A stretch of DNA of 64,000 bases from Anaerolineales bacterium (GTDB lineage: Bacteria > Chloroflexota > Anaerolineae > Anaerolineales > DRMV01): NCBI GenBank assembly GCA_026996855.1, contig JALWJZ010000016.1:567-64566 (forward strand). Direction: 5' to 3'. The position numbers were made by a program, and so were the translations under genes. The notes beneath the pieces are model-generated. The model did no database searches. It was not told the DNA's origin and was given only the letters and a program-made list of their open reading frames with translations. How positions within the stretch are numbered: position 1 is the stretch's first letter; each line of letters opens with the position of its first letter. Below are positions 37,451 to 47,133 of the stretch, in pieces.

Positions 37451-39115
37451 AATCGCGCCCTGGTCCGCGCTGGTGACGAAGTGGGCGTAGCGGCGCAGCC
37501 AGCGGCTGGTGGTGCGGGGCTGGAAAGGCGGCAGGGCCTCCAGCCGACGGCGGATTTCGTCGTCGGAAAGGTGGACGTCGATGCGCCGCGCGTCCAGGTC
37601 GATGGTGATGAGGTCGCCATTCTGCAGGGCCGCGATGGGGCCACGGGCCGCGGCCTCGGGACTGATGTGGCCCACGCACAGGCCGCGGGTGCCGCCGGAA
37701 AAGCGTCCGTCGGTGATGAGCGCGACCTTTTCCCCCAGGCCCATGCCCACGATGGCCGAGGTGGGCGCGAGCATCTCCTGCATCCCCGGCCCGCCCCGGG
37801 GCCCCTCGTAGCGGATGACCGCCACATCCCCCGGCTGCACTTCCCCGGCCAGGATGCCTTGCATGGCTTCTTCCTGGCTTTCGTAGATGCGGGCCGGGCC
37901 GGTGTGGCGGCGAATATGGGGGGCAACGCCTCCCGTTTTGATGACCGCGCCCTTGGGCGCCAGATTCCCGAAGAGCACCGCCAGGCCGCCATCGGGCCGC
38001 AAGGGGTCCTCCACGGGCCGGATGACCTGGGCATCCCGCACCCGGGCCTGGGCGATGTTCTCGGCCAGGGTCTTCCCCGTCACGGTGATGCGGTCGGGGT
38101 GCAGCAGGCCGTGCCGGGCCAGTTCCGCGAGCACCGCGGGCACGCCGCCCGCGGCGTGCAGGTCCTCCATGTGCCAGGGCCCCGCGGGGCTCATGTGGGC
38201 CAGGTAGGGGGTGCGGTCGGCCACCGCGTTGATGCGCTCCAGGGGGTAATCCAGGCCGGCCTCGTGCGCGAGGGCCAGCAGGTGGAGCACGGTGTTGGTG
38301 CTGCCGCCCAGGGCCATATCCAGGGCAAAGGCGTCGTCGATGGCTTCGGGGGTGATGATGTCCCGGGGCCGCAGGTCCCTCCGCACCAGGTCCATGATGC
38401 GGTGCCCGGCTTCCCGGGCCAGGGCTTCTCGTTCGGGGGATTGGGCCAGCGCGGTGCCGTTGTAGGGCAGCGCAATGCCCAGGGCTTCCATGAGGCAGTT
38501 CATGGAGTTGGCCGTGAACATGCCCGAACAGGAGCCGCACGCGGGGCAGGCCACGCGTTCCAGTTGGGCCAGTTCCTGCTCGGTGATGTGCCCGGCCTGG
38601 AGCGCGCCCACGCCCTCGAACACGCTGATGAGGTCCACCACCCGGCCGTCGGGCATCCGGCCCGCGGGCATGGGCCCGCCGGAGACGAACACCGCGGGGA
38701 TGTTCACCCGCACCGCGGCCATGAGCATCCCGGGCACGATTTTGTCGCAGTTGGGGATGGCCACCATGCCGTCGAACGCGTGGGCCTGGAGCATGGTTTC
38801 CACGCTGTCCGCGATGAGCTCCCGGGAGGGCAGGCTGTACTTCATGCCCTCGTGGCCCATGGCGATGCCGTCGTCCACCGCGATGACGTTGAACTCGAAG
38901 GGCACGCCCCCGGCTTCCCGGATGGCCTGCTTCACGATTTGGGCAAATTCCCGCAGGTGCACGTGGCCGGGGACGATGTCGGTGTAGGAATTCACCACCG
39001 CGATGAAGGGCTTGTGGAAATCCTCGGGGGATTGGATGGCTCCCGTGGCCCAGAGCAGCGCCCGATGGGGCGCCCGTTCGTAACCGTTCTTGATGATGGT
39101 GGAACGCATGGTCAT
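37412..39115 (-). CDS. ilvD: dihydroxy-acid dehydratase
   Basis: [42 protein letters not shown]. Confidence 0.95.
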   Translation of the reverse strand: MTMRSTIIKNGYERAPHRALLWATGAIQSPEDFHKPFIAVVNSYTDIVPGHVHLREFAQIVKQAIREAGGVPFEFNVIAVDDGIAMGHEGMKYSLPSRELIADSVETMLQAHAFDGMVAIPNCDKIVPGMLMAAVRVNIPAVFVSGGPMPAGRMPDGRVVDLISVFEGVGALQAGHITEQELAQLERVACPACGSCSGMFTANSMNCLMEALGIALPYNGTALAQSPEREALAREAGHRIMDLVRRDLRPRDIITPEAIDDAFALDMALGGSTNTVLHLLALAHEAGLDYPLERINAVADRTPYLAHMSPAGPWHMEDLHAAGGVPAVLAELARHGLLHPDRITVTGKTLAENIAQARVRDAQVIRPVEDPLRPDGGLAVLFGNLAPKGAVIKTGGVAPHIRRHTGPARIYESQEEAMQGILAGEVQPGDVAVIRYEGPRGGPGMQEMLAPTSAIVGMGLGEKVALITDGRFSGGTRGLCVGHISPEAAARGPIAALQNGDLITIDLDARRIDVHLSDDEIRRRLEALPPFQPRTTSRWLRRYAHFVTSADQGAILMVDGRRSIVDG

Positions 39116-39124
39116 GGCTCTACT

Positions 39125-39160
39125 CCAAAAAAGAGGGCCGCTCCGGTGTGGAGCGGCCCC
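39125..39160 (-). terminator. attenuator terminator immediately upstream of ilvD
   Basis: Perfect 10-bp stem gggccgctcc (39135-39144) / ggagcggccc (39150-39159), followed on the minus strand by tcttttttgg. Confidence 0.8.
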
Positions 39161-39184
39161 GAAGTGGCAGGTTGTACCCTGGCG

Positions 39185-39292
39185 TTACATGCGCCCCGCT
39201 GCCGCTCCACCGCGCGAAATGCCCAGGACCAGGATAAGAAGGCCCAGGGCGAAAAGAGCGGCGGTAAAGCGGACTTCGAAGCGCGAGAACAT
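39185..39292 (-). CDS. ilv-leu leader peptide (35 aa) MFSRFEVRFTAALFALGLLILVLGISRGGAAAGRM
   Basis: GGAGG lies 6 nt upstream of ATG 39292. Contains a run of six consecutive Leu/Ile/Val codons (LLILVL). Its 3' end overlaps the antiterminator segment. Confidence 0.6.
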   Translation of the reverse strand: MFSRFEVRFTAALFALGLLILVLGISRGGAAAGRM

Positions 39293-39318
39293 GGGCATCC
39301 TCCGTAGTGTGGCTCCCC

Positions 39319-39346
39319 AGTATAGGGGGAAACGGATTTTCCGCAA
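39319..39346 (-). promoter_or_regulatory. candidate promoter of the ilv-leu operon
   Basis: The minus strand reads TTGCGG - 16 nt - TATACT, about 20 nt upstream of the leader SD. Confidence 0.4.
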
Positions 39347-39393
39347 CGGCAGATTGCACATCGTTTTACCGGAATATCTGTGCAAACGGCTGT

Positions 39394-40059
39394 TCAGCGT
39401 TCGCGCAGCGCTTCGGGTACGGGGCAGTGGTATTGCCAGGCTTCCCGGCAGCGGGCCGTGATAGGGCGCAAGGGCACGCCGGTTCGGCGGTGCAAAGCCC
39501 GAAGCACGTGGCACACGGGCAGGCCCACCACGTTGGCGAAACAGGCGACAGGTCCCAGGCGGGCCACGGGTTGGAAGGGTCGGTCCTGGATGCCGTATGC
39601 GCCGGCTTTGTCCAGGGCCGCGCCGGAGGTGATGTACTGGTGGATTTCGCCCTGCGTGTAGTCCCGCATGTACACCTGGGTGGACACCACTTCGGTGTGC
39701 TCCCAGGCGTCGTCCCAGGGGCGCAGGGTGAAGCCGGTCAGCACCCGGTGCCTGCGGCCGCGCAGGGCCTGGAGCATGGCCTGGGCTTCCTGGGGTGTGG
39801 CGGGTTTACCCAGGATGCGCCCTTCCAGCACCACCGCGGTATCCGCGGCCAGCACCACCCAGCGGGCCGGGATGGTTCCCACGGCATGGGCCTTGGTTTG
39901 GGCCAACCGGGCCACGTAGTCCTCGGGCGTTTCGCCCGGCATGGGGGTTTCGTCCACTCGGGCCGGTTGTACCCGCAAAGGCAGGCCCAGCCACCGGGCC
40001 AGTTCCTGGCGGCGGGGTGAAGCGGAGGCGAGAAGGAGGCCGTGAATCGCGGGGGACAT
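39394..40059 (-). CDS. maf: Maf-like nucleoside triphosphate pyrophosphatase
   Basis: LLLASASPRRQELA..VLAADTAVVLEGRILGKP..KAGAYGIQ. Confidence 0.85.
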   Translation of the reverse strand: MSPAIHGLLLASASPRRQELARWLGLPLRVQPARVDETPMPGETPEDYVARLAQTKAHAVGTIPARWVVLAADTAVVLEGRILGKPATPQEAQAMLQALRGRRHRVLTGFTLRPWDDAWEHTEVVSTQVYMRDYTQGEIHQYITSGAALDKAGAYGIQDRPFQPVARLGPVACFANVVGLPVCHVLRALHRRTGVPLRPITARCREAWQYHCPVPEALRER

Positions 40060-40132
40060 GCGGGTCACCTCGATGGGGATGAAAAAAAGGCGTCCCCAGC
40101 TCGGGGACGCCTTTTCGCACCGGAGAGGAGGG

Positions 40133-41311
40133 TTATTCCTCGATGGGCCAACCGGTGGGGATTTCACCGGCCTCCAGGCCCTTGCGGATTTCCTCCAACT
40201 TGTCCTTCACTTCCTGCGGGATGGCGTCTTCAAAGTCGTGGAAGGGGGCCAGGCCCACGCCGCCGTAGTAATTGCCCGCAGGGAAGTTGCCTTCCTTGGC
40301 CATCTTGATGAGGTCGAACACACCGGGGGTGATGAGTTTCATGGCGCTGGTCACCAGGCAGGGCCGGGCCTCGGGCACGGTGTACCACTGGTCGGTGTCC
40401 ACGCCGATGCAGTACACCTCTTTGCCGGCCTTGGCCGCTTCGGCCACTTCGATGAGCGCGCCATTGCCCGTCTTGCCGCCGGCGCCGAAGATGACGTCAT
40501 AGCCCTGGTCGATGAGCTGTCGCGCGGTGGCCGCGCCCCACTCAGGGTCGGTGAAGGCCACGTCCAGACCGCCGGGGTGGTAGATGACCTTGGCTTCCAC
40601 GTTCTCGTTCACGTACTTGGCACCATTGATATAGCCGGTGCCGAAAGCCTTCACGGGCGGCACCAGGTCCGTGCCCAGCACGCCGGCAATCTTGTTGGTC
40701 TTGGTAATCATGCCTGCCAGCGCGCCGGCTAGGAAGCCCGCGCGGTCCTCGTGGAAGATGAGGCCGGCCACGTTGGGCAGGTCGTTGCCCGTGTCATCGT
40801 CCACGGCCCAGGCCTGGAATTGGTCCACACCGATGAAGTAGACCTCGGGGAATTCCTTGGCCATGGTTTGGGTGGCTTCGCCCAGGGCAAAGCCCACGGT
40901 CACGATGACGTCGAAGCCGTTCTCCGCGAAGAGGCGAATGTTGGCCTCGTAGTCCTTGGGGTCCTTGGTCTCGATGTAATCCACATAAGCCCCCAGTTCT
41001 TCTTTGGCCTTGAGCACGCCTTCCCAGGCCGACTGGTTGAAGGACTTGTCGTCGATTTCACCCACGTCGGTCACCAGGCCCACGCACAGCACGTCGGGAC
41101 TGGCGCAATCGGGCATTTCGCCTTCTTCCGCGGCTTCGGTGGGTTCTTCGGTGGCCTTGGGAGCCTCTTCGGTCATGGCCGGCGCCTCGGTGGCTTTGGG
41201 GGCTTCTTCGGTCATGGCCGGGGCTTCGGTGGGCGTCGGTGTGGCCTTCTCGCAGGCGGCCAGCCCCAGGGCCAGCGCCAACACGGTCAGAAGAATCATC
41301 CACTTGCGCAT
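40133..41311 (-). CDS. BMP family (PnrA/Med-like) ABC transporter substrate-binding lipoprotein
   Basis: Lipobox LGLAAC, with GLVTDVGEIDDKSFNQSAWEG..GVDQFQ. SD is GAAGGAGGAG. Confidence 0.85.
   Translation of the reverse strand: MRKWMILLTVLALALGLAACEKATPTPTEAPAMTEEAPKATEAPAMTEEAPKATEEPTEAAEEGEMPDCASPDVLCVGLVTDVGEIDDKSFNQSAWEGVLKAKEELGAYVDYIETKDPKDYEANIRLFAENGFDVIVTVGFALGEATQTMAKEFPEVYFIGVDQFQAWAVDDDTGNDLPNVAGLIFHEDRAGFLAGALAGMITKTNKIAGVLGTDLVPPVKAFGTGYINGAKYVNENVEAKVIYHPGGLDVAFTDPEWGAATARQLIDQGYDVIFGAGGKTGNGALIEVAEAAKAGKEVYCIGVDTDQWYTVPEARPCLVTSAMKLITPGVFDLIKMAKEGNFPAGNYYGGVGLAPFHDFEDAIPQEVKDKLEEIRKGLEAGEIPTGWPIEE
41147..41224. repeat. 39-nt tandem duplication within the lipoprotein linker (EAPAMTEEAPKAT x2)
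   Basis: 41147-41185 and 41186-41224 are near-identical. Confidence 0.8.
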
Positions 41312-41371
41312 ACGTCTTCTCCTCCTTCGTGAGGTTTTTGAGAATGAACGGCCAAAGGTCAGGCCAAGAAG

Positions 41372-41400
41372 GTTATACCCGCAAGAAGGGGATTTGACAA
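41372..41400 (-). promoter_or_regulatory. candidate sigma70 promoter of the BMP lipoprotein gene
   Basis: The minus strand reads TTGTCA - 17 nt - TATAAC. Confidence 0.5.
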
Positions 41401-41518
41401 GCCCGTCGGCCGTGGGGGAATTTACCCCATGGTTCCCCTTCCCCACCAGGGTGGAGAAGGGGAACCCTCCTGGATTCTGCCGTTTGCCCTTGGCCTGGTT
41501 CCATGGAGGAAACTCATC

Positions 41519-41545
41519 TTGACAATCCACCTGGTTGGGTATAAA
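41519..41545 (+). promoter_or_regulatory. candidate promoter of feoABC
   Basis: TTGACA (41519-41524) and TATAAA (41540-41545), but the spacer is only 15 nt. Confidence 0.3.
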
Positions 41546-41589
41546 AAACAGCCAGAAACCTAAAAAATGGGCCGTGCGAGGGTGCCGAG

Positions 41590-41856
41590 ATGAAAGGCCA
41601 CAACAACGGTGAATTTTCTCTGGACGAAATGCCTCCGGGAACGTGGGCCGAAGTGGTGCGTGTGGATGGTCCTCTGTATTGGCGCCGCCGTTTGTACGCT
41701 TTGGGTTTTCGTCCGGGGGTGTCCGTGTATGTGGAGCAGACCGCTCCTTTAGGAGACCCGGTCCAATACCGCGTTCTGGATACGTGGTTCGCTTTGCGAC
41801 GCCAGGAAGCCCGGCGCATTCGGGTGCGCCATGTGTCCAGGCCCTCTAACCCGTGA
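41590..41856 (+). CDS. feoA: ferrous iron transport protein A
   Basis: FeoA SH3-like: LDEMPPGTWAEVVRVDG..RLYALGFRPGVSVYV. Confidence 0.85.
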   Translation: MKGHNNGEFSLDEMPPGTWAEVVRVDGPLYWRRRLYALGFRPGVSVYVEQTAPLGDPVQYRVLDTWFALRRQEARRIRVRHVSRPSNP

Positions 41857-41885
41857 ACGGAACGCCCCGCGAGTTTTGATAAACC

Positions 41886-44150
41886 ATGAATACCCGACGC
41901 CATGCTCCCTCTGAGGTCACGTGCCCCCGATGTTCCTCTGTTGAGGTTCCCTGGGAAACCGTCACCCAACAGGCTGCCTATACCGTGGCCCTGGTAGGTC
42001 CCCCTAACGTGGGTAAGACCAGCCTGTTCAATTACCTGACGGGCCAGTTTCAGCACGTAGGCAACTGGCCGGGCAAAACGGTGACGTACCACGCCGGTTT
42101 GCTTCCCGCGGAGCCGGGACCGGTCTTGGTGGTGGATTTGCCCGGTTTGTACAGCCTGGTTCCCCTTTCTGCCGAGGAGGAACTGGCCCGGGAGTTGCTG
42201 TACCTGTACCCCTTCGATGCCCTGGTCAACGTGGTGGATGCATCCCATCTTCCCCGGAGCCTGTACCTGACCGCGGAACTGCTGGAACTGGGCCGGCCGG
42301 TGCTGGTGGCCCTGAACATGTGGGATGTGGCCCGTCGCGAGGGCATCCAAATCGACGTGGAACGCATGGCCGTGCTTCTGGGGGCGCCCGTGATTCCCAC
42401 GGTGGCCCGCTCCGAAGAGGGCATGAAAGTCCTGCAGGAGCATCTGCCCCGTTGGTTGGGGGAAGGCCCTGCGCCCGGTCGCGCGCCCCGCTACCCGGAA
42501 CGCATCCAGGAGGCTCGGGAGCGTCTCCAGGCCCTCATCGAACCGTACCTTCCCGAGTGGCCCGAAGCGCAGGTGCAGGGCCTGGCCCTGAAACTCCTGG
42601 AAGGGCAGACGGATTTATTGGGGAAACTCTTCGAGCCGGAAACGGCGGCCGCGTTGAAGGCCCGCGTGGAGGCTCTGCGGGAGGTATATCGCCGCACCTG
42701 GAAGGAGGACCCGGCCCTGGCCGTGGCCGATGCCCGCTTCGGTTGGGTGGAGGGAGTGTTGCGGGCTTCGGTGCGGACCACCGCGCCCACTCGTTTCACC
42801 CTTACCCGCCGTCTGGACGCCGTGGTCACCCATCGCTGGCTGGGCCTGCCCCTGTTTTTCCTGGTCATGTGGCTGGTGTTTCATTTGGTGGTGAACGTCA
42901 CCGAGCCTTTCATCGGCTGGGTGGAGGGGGTGTTCCAGGGTGTGGTCCGATACGCGCTGTTGGAGGTCCTGGCCGGGCTTCGCGCGCCTTTGTGGCTCCG
43001 CTCCCTGGTGGTGGACGGCGTGTTGGCCGGGGTGGGCAGTATGCTCTCCTTCCTCCCGGGGCTGACTCTGCTGTACCTCTTTCTGGCCTGGCTGGAAGAC
43101 AGCGGTTACATGGCCCGGGTGGCTTTCGTCATGGACCGGATGATGCAAGCCGTGGGATTGCACGGCAAGGCCTTCCTCCCCCTGATGCTGGGCCTGGGTT
43201 GCAACGTGCCCGCGGTATATGCCACCCGCACCCTGGAGCGCTGGCAGGACCGCCTGACCACGGCCCTGGTCATTCCCTTCGTTTCCTGTTCGGCGCGCCT
43301 GCCCGTGTATTTGGTGTTCGCGCTGGCCTTTTTCCCGAAAAACACAGCCACCGTGGTGTGGGGCATGTACCTGCTGGGATTCGTGGTGGCCCTGGCCTCG
43401 GCCTGGGTGCTGCGTCGTCGGGTGCTTCCCCAGGGGCAGGAGGCCCCCTTCCTGTTGGAATTGCCGCCATACCATTGGCCCAACTGGACGGTCATCGGCC
43501 GTCAGGTGAAACGCCAGGTGAGCGCCTTCGTGACCCAGGCGGGTACGGTCATCGTGGGCGTGGCCGTGGTGCTCTGGTTCTTGATGAACCTGCCCTGGGG
43601 CGTGGAGGACCCGCGAGCCAGTTGGTTCGGGCGGGTGAGTGCGGCCGTGGCCCCTGCGTTGCAGCCCCTGGGCTTTGGGCGCTGGGATGCGGCCGGCGCG
43701 TTGCTTTCCGGTTTCATCGCCAAAGAGGTGGTGGTGAGCACCATGGGCCAGATTTATCTGGGGGAAATGCAACCCACGGCCGCGTTGTTGGCCCGTCCGA
43801 CGGGCGAAGAGTGGCAGGCCGCCCTGGACCATTTGGGGCCGGGCCTGCTCCGTGCCCTGCGGGAAGCCTTTGCCCGGTTGATGGGATGGAAAGCCGGTGT
43901 GTTCCAGGTAGGGGAAGACGCGGTCAACGCGCATTTGCTGGCCGCTTTGCAAAGCCGGTATTCCCCCGCCGCGGCCCTGGCCTTTTTGGTGTTCGTGCTT
44001 TTGTACGTGCCCTGCATGGCTACGGTGGCGGCCTTGCAGCAGGAATTCGGCGCCCGTTGGGCCGCGTTTTCCCTGATTTATCAAATCACCGTGGCCTGGG
44101 TCCTGGCCTGGGCGGCCTATCACCTGGCTTTGGCCCTGGGCCTGGGCTGA
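41886..44150 (+). CDS. feoB: ferrous iron transport protein B
   Basis: G-domain VALVGPPNVGKTSLFNYLTG..DLPGLYSL, followed by a polytopic permease. Confidence 0.95.
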   Translation: MNTRRHAPSEVTCPRCSSVEVPWETVTQQAAYTVALVGPPNVGKTSLFNYLTGQFQHVGNWPGKTVTYHAGLLPAEPGPVLVVDLPGLYSLVPLSAEEELARELLYLYPFDALVNVVDASHLPRSLYLTAELLELGRPVLVALNMWDVARREGIQIDVERMAVLLGAPVIPTVARSEEGMKVLQEHLPRWLGEGPAPGRAPRYPERIQEARERLQALIEPYLPEWPEAQVQGLALKLLEGQTDLLGKLFEPETAAALKARVEALREVYRRTWKEDPALAVADARFGWVEGVLRASVRTTAPTRFTLTRRLDAVVTHRWLGLPLFFLVMWLVFHLVVNVTEPFIGWVEGVFQGVVRYALLEVLAGLRAPLWLRSLVVDGVLAGVGSMLSFLPGLTLLYLFLAWLEDSGYMARVAFVMDRMMQAVGLHGKAFLPLMLGLGCNVPAVYATRTLERWQDRLTTALVIPFVSCSARLPVYLVFALAFFPKNTATVVWGMYLLGFVVALASAWVLRRRVLPQGQEAPFLLELPPYHWPNWTVIGRQVKRQVSAFVTQAGTVIVGVAVVLWFLMNLPWGVEDPRASWFGRVSAAVAPALQPLGFGRWDAAGALLSGFIAKEVVVSTMGQIYLGEMQPTAALLARPTGEEWQAALDHLGPGLLRALREAFARLMGWKAGVFQVGEDAVNAHLLAALQSRYSPAAALAFLVFVLLYVPCMATVAALQQEFGARWAAFSLIYQITVAWVLAWAAYHLALALGLG

Positions 44151-44180
44151 AGGTGCGCATGGTGAAAGGACGGTCTGGAC

Positions 44181-44438
44181 ATGGAAGCAGGCCCTTTGAT
44201 GCAGGTATGGCAGGTGGTGCAAAGGACCCGCGGGGCAGTGACGCCCGCCATGGTGGTGGAAGCCACCGGCCTGAACCTAAAGATGGTGGAAGCCGCGCTG
44301 GATTGGCTGGCGCGCCGAGGCTGGGTACAGCGCGTCCAGGAAGGCGCCGTGGTGTGCCGGGCCGGGTCGGTTGCCTGGTGCCGGGTTTGCGCCTGGAAGG
44401 GGACGTGTCCCATCCAACCGGAGGGGGACGGCTCATGA
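44181..44438 (+). CDS. FeoC-like winged-helix protein with a C-terminal Cys cluster
   Basis: Sits directly after feoB. LNLKMVEAALDWLARRGWV then C-x8-C-x2-C-x5-C. The start may be 44199. Confidence 0.5.
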   Translation: MEAGPLMQVWQVVQRTRGAVTPAMVVEATGLNLKMVEAALDWLARRGWVQRVQEGAVVCRAGSVAWCRVCAWKGTCPIQPEGDGS

Positions 44439-44583
44439 GCAAAGCCTTGCACGCGTTTGTATTCCGTTTGCGAACCGTCGTTGGATTGGGTATAACCAAA
44501 TTGCCAAATGCCCGGCGCTTTCAGAGATGTTCAAGCGCTGGAAAAAGTGTGTTTTCTTACACTTGGGTTGCAAGGAGTAGACG

Positions 44584-45738
44584 ATGTCCTTGCCTGCTAC
44601 CGCGGAGGTTGTCATCGTCGGCGGTGGGGTGATGGGTACCAGTATTGCCTATCACCTGACCCGGCGCGGCGTGAAGGACGTGGTGCTCTTGGAACGGGAG
44701 CCCTTCCTGGGCCAGGGAGCCACCGGGCGTTGCGCGGGCGGCGTGCGCTACCAATTCGCCACCGAGGTCAACATCCGGCTTTCCCAGGTCAGCCTGCCCA
44801 TGCTGGAGCGTTTCAAAGAAGAAATTGGCGTGGACGCGGGGTATCGGCCCATTGGGTACCTGTTCTTCCTGACCCGGGAAGAAGATGTACAGGCCTTTCG
44901 CCGAAACGTGGTGCTGCAACACCGCCTGGGCGTGGCTACCGAGTGGCTCAGTGGCGACGAGGTGCGCCGACGTTTGCCCAACATGCGCCTGGACGACGTG
45001 CTGGCCGGCACGTTTCACGCCAAGGACGGCCTGGCCGACCCCCACAGCGTGGTGCAGGGGTATGCCCGGGCCGCGCGGCGTCAGGGCGCCCGCATTTTCA
45101 CCGACGTGGAAGTGCAGGACATCGAGGTGCAGGGCGGCCGGGTGCGGGGCGTGGTCACCTCCCGGGGACGCATCGCCACTGAGGTGGTGGTCAACGCGGC
45201 CGGTCCCTGGGCCGGCGTGGTGGGCCGTATGGCCGGGGTGGAGATTCCCATCACGCCCTTGCGGCGCCAGTGGCTGACCACCACGCCCATCCCCGATTTG
45301 CCGCCCGATTTCCCCTTCGTCATCGACTTTGCCCAGGCCCTGTACTTCCATCCCGAGGGGGAAGGGATTTTGACGGGCATGTCCAACCCCAACGAGAAGC
45401 CCGGTTTCGACCAGAACGTGGACCCGGAATGGGAACTGGTGCACATGGAGGCCGCGATGGCCCGGATGCCCGCCCTGGCCCGGGCCGGGGTGGTGAGCCG
45501 GGTCGCGGGGCTGTATGAGGTCACGCCCGACGCCCATCCCATTTTTGGCGCCACGCCGGTGGAGGGTTTCTACGTGTGTGCGGGCTTTTCCGGCCACGGC
45601 TTCATGCACGGTCCGGTGGCCGGCCTGCTCATGGCGGAAATCTTGCTGGACGGTCGGGCCCAAACGGTGGACGTTTCCATGCTGGACCTGGCCCGCTTCG
45701 CGGAAGGGCGGTTGATTCGTGAGTACAATGTGGTGTGA
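44584..45738 (+). CDS. FAD-dependent oxidoreductase (DAO family; sarcosine/glycine oxidase-like)
   Basis: VVIVGGGVMGTSIAYHL..GFSGHGFMHGPVAG. Confidence 0.8.
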   Translation: MSLPATAEVVIVGGGVMGTSIAYHLTRRGVKDVVLLEREPFLGQGATGRCAGGVRYQFATEVNIRLSQVSLPMLERFKEEIGVDAGYRPIGYLFFLTREEDVQAFRRNVVLQHRLGVATEWLSGDEVRRRLPNMRLDDVLAGTFHAKDGLADPHSVVQGYARAARRQGARIFTDVEVQDIEVQGGRVRGVVTSRGRIATEVVVNAAGPWAGVVGRMAGVEIPITPLRRQWLTTTPIPDLPPDFPFVIDFAQALYFHPEGEGILTGMSNPNEKPGFDQNVDPEWELVHMEAAMARMPALARAGVVSRVAGLYEVTPDAHPIFGATPVEGFYVCAGFSGHGFMHGPVAGLLMAEILLDGRAQTVDVSMLDLARFAEGRLIREYNVV

Positions 45739-45774
45739 TGGTCGCTGGTTGGCGGTCGTTGGGGAGGTGATACA

Positions 45775-47028
45775 GTGAGCAAGGGCAAGGCGTTCGATGT
45801 GTTCCCCCGGCTTCGGGATGTACGCATTCAACCTCTTACGTACCAGGGGCGGCGGGGGGTCCTGTTGCAGGATCCGCTCCGCCTTACGGACCAGACCCTG
45901 TTCGTCCCCGCGGAACTGGCCGGCGCGTTGATGTTCATGGACGGACGCCACACGCTGGAGGCCATTCGCAGCGCGCTGGCCGTGCGCTTTGGCTTGCAGG
46001 TGCCCATGGATGCCCTCAAGAGCCTGGTTCAGGCCCTGGACAGGGCGTTGATGCTGGACAACGGCCGGTTTCGCAACGTGTACCGGGAGGCCCTGCGCCA
46101 CTTCCGGGAGGCGCCGGCGCGGCCCATGACCCATGCGGGCAGCGTGTATCCCGCGGACCTTCCGGCCCTGCAAGACGCCCTGGAAGGCTATGGAAAACGG
46201 GTGTCCTCCTGGCCCGAAGCGCCCGTCGCGAGGGTGGTCGGGGTGGTCAGCCCGCACATCGATTACCAACGGGGCGGCGCGGTGTATGCGGCCACCTGGC
46301 TGCCCCTGGCCCGGGCCCTCCAGGGTGTGGAGCAGGTCGTGGTCCTGGGCACCGACCACAACGGCCCCTCCGGCTCCATGACGTTGACCCGCCAGCACTA
46401 CGCCACACCCTACGGGGTGCTGCCCACCAACCGCCAGGCCGTGGACACCCTGGCGGCGGTTTGGGGTGAAGAAGCCGCGTTTGAGCACGAACTGCACCAT
46501 CTGGGCGAGCATTCCATCGAACTGGCTTTGGTCTGGCTGCACCACGTGTTGGGGGGCCGTTCGGTGGAGGTGGTGCCCGTGCTGGTGGGGGGTATCAACC
46601 ACTACATCGAAACCGGTCAGGTGCCCTGGCAGGACGCGCGGCTGGAGGCCTTCATCGAAGCCATGCGCGACCTCATGGAAGCGAAACCCACCTTGGTGGT
46701 GGCCGGGGTGGACCTGGCCCATGTGGGGCCGGCCTTTGGCGACCCCGCGCCCTGGGGCCTGGCCGAGCGGGCGCGCCTGAAGCGGGAAGACCAGCGCCTC
46801 ATGGATGCCATTCGCCAGGGCGACCCATACGCCTTTTACCACGCCGTAGCCGAGGTGAAAGACCGCTTCCGCATTTGCGGTTTTGCCCCCCTGTACCTGT
46901 ACCTGCGCCTGCTGGAGGGTCGTCTGGCCACCATTACCGGCTATGAACTCTGCCCCGCGGACCCTGAGTTTGGCTCCATTGTGTCCATCTGCGGCGCGTG
47001 GACGTCTGGTTCGATGACGATGGCGTAA
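45775..47028 (+). CDS. Memo-like protein (AmmeMemoRadiSam system protein B family)
   Basis: HAGSVYP..VVSPHIDYQRGG..VVLGTDH..GEHSIE..AGVDLAHVG. Confidence 0.8.
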   Translation: MSKGKAFDVFPRLRDVRIQPLTYQGRRGVLLQDPLRLTDQTLFVPAELAGALMFMDGRHTLEAIRSALAVRFGLQVPMDALKSLVQALDRALMLDNGRFRNVYREALRHFREAPARPMTHAGSVYPADLPALQDALEGYGKRVSSWPEAPVARVVGVVSPHIDYQRGGAVYAATWLPLARALQGVEQVVVLGTDHNGPSGSMTLTRQHYATPYGVLPTNRQAVDTLAAVWGEEAAFEHELHHLGEHSIELALVWLHHVLGGRSVEVVPVLVGGINHYIETGQVPWQDARLEAFIEAMRDLMEAKPTLVVAGVDLAHVGPAFGDPAPWGLAERARLKREDQRLMDAIRQGDPYAFYHAVAEVKDRFRICGFAPLYLYLRLLEGRLATITGYELCPADPEFGSIVSICGAWTSGSMTMA

Positions 47029-47133
47029 GGACGGTGGGGGAAACTGGGGGCGAAACAGGTTGGGGAGCGGGACTTCGAACCTTCTCCGGAATTAAGGGCC
47101 TCGGTGCCCGTTCCAAAGAGGGTATACGGCCCC

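Noticed and set aside
41312-41589. A Fur box upstream of feoA.
   Set aside because: I found only a partial AT-rich match (tttttgagaatgaac near 41333). Nothing resembles the 19-bp GATAATGATAATCATTATC palindrome near the candidate promoter.
45775-47028. A complete AmmeMemoRadiSam three-gene system.
   Set aside because: Only the Memo-like component is present. No AMMECR1 or radical SAM activase is adjacent, and the flanking genes are a DAO oxidoreductase and a GNAT.
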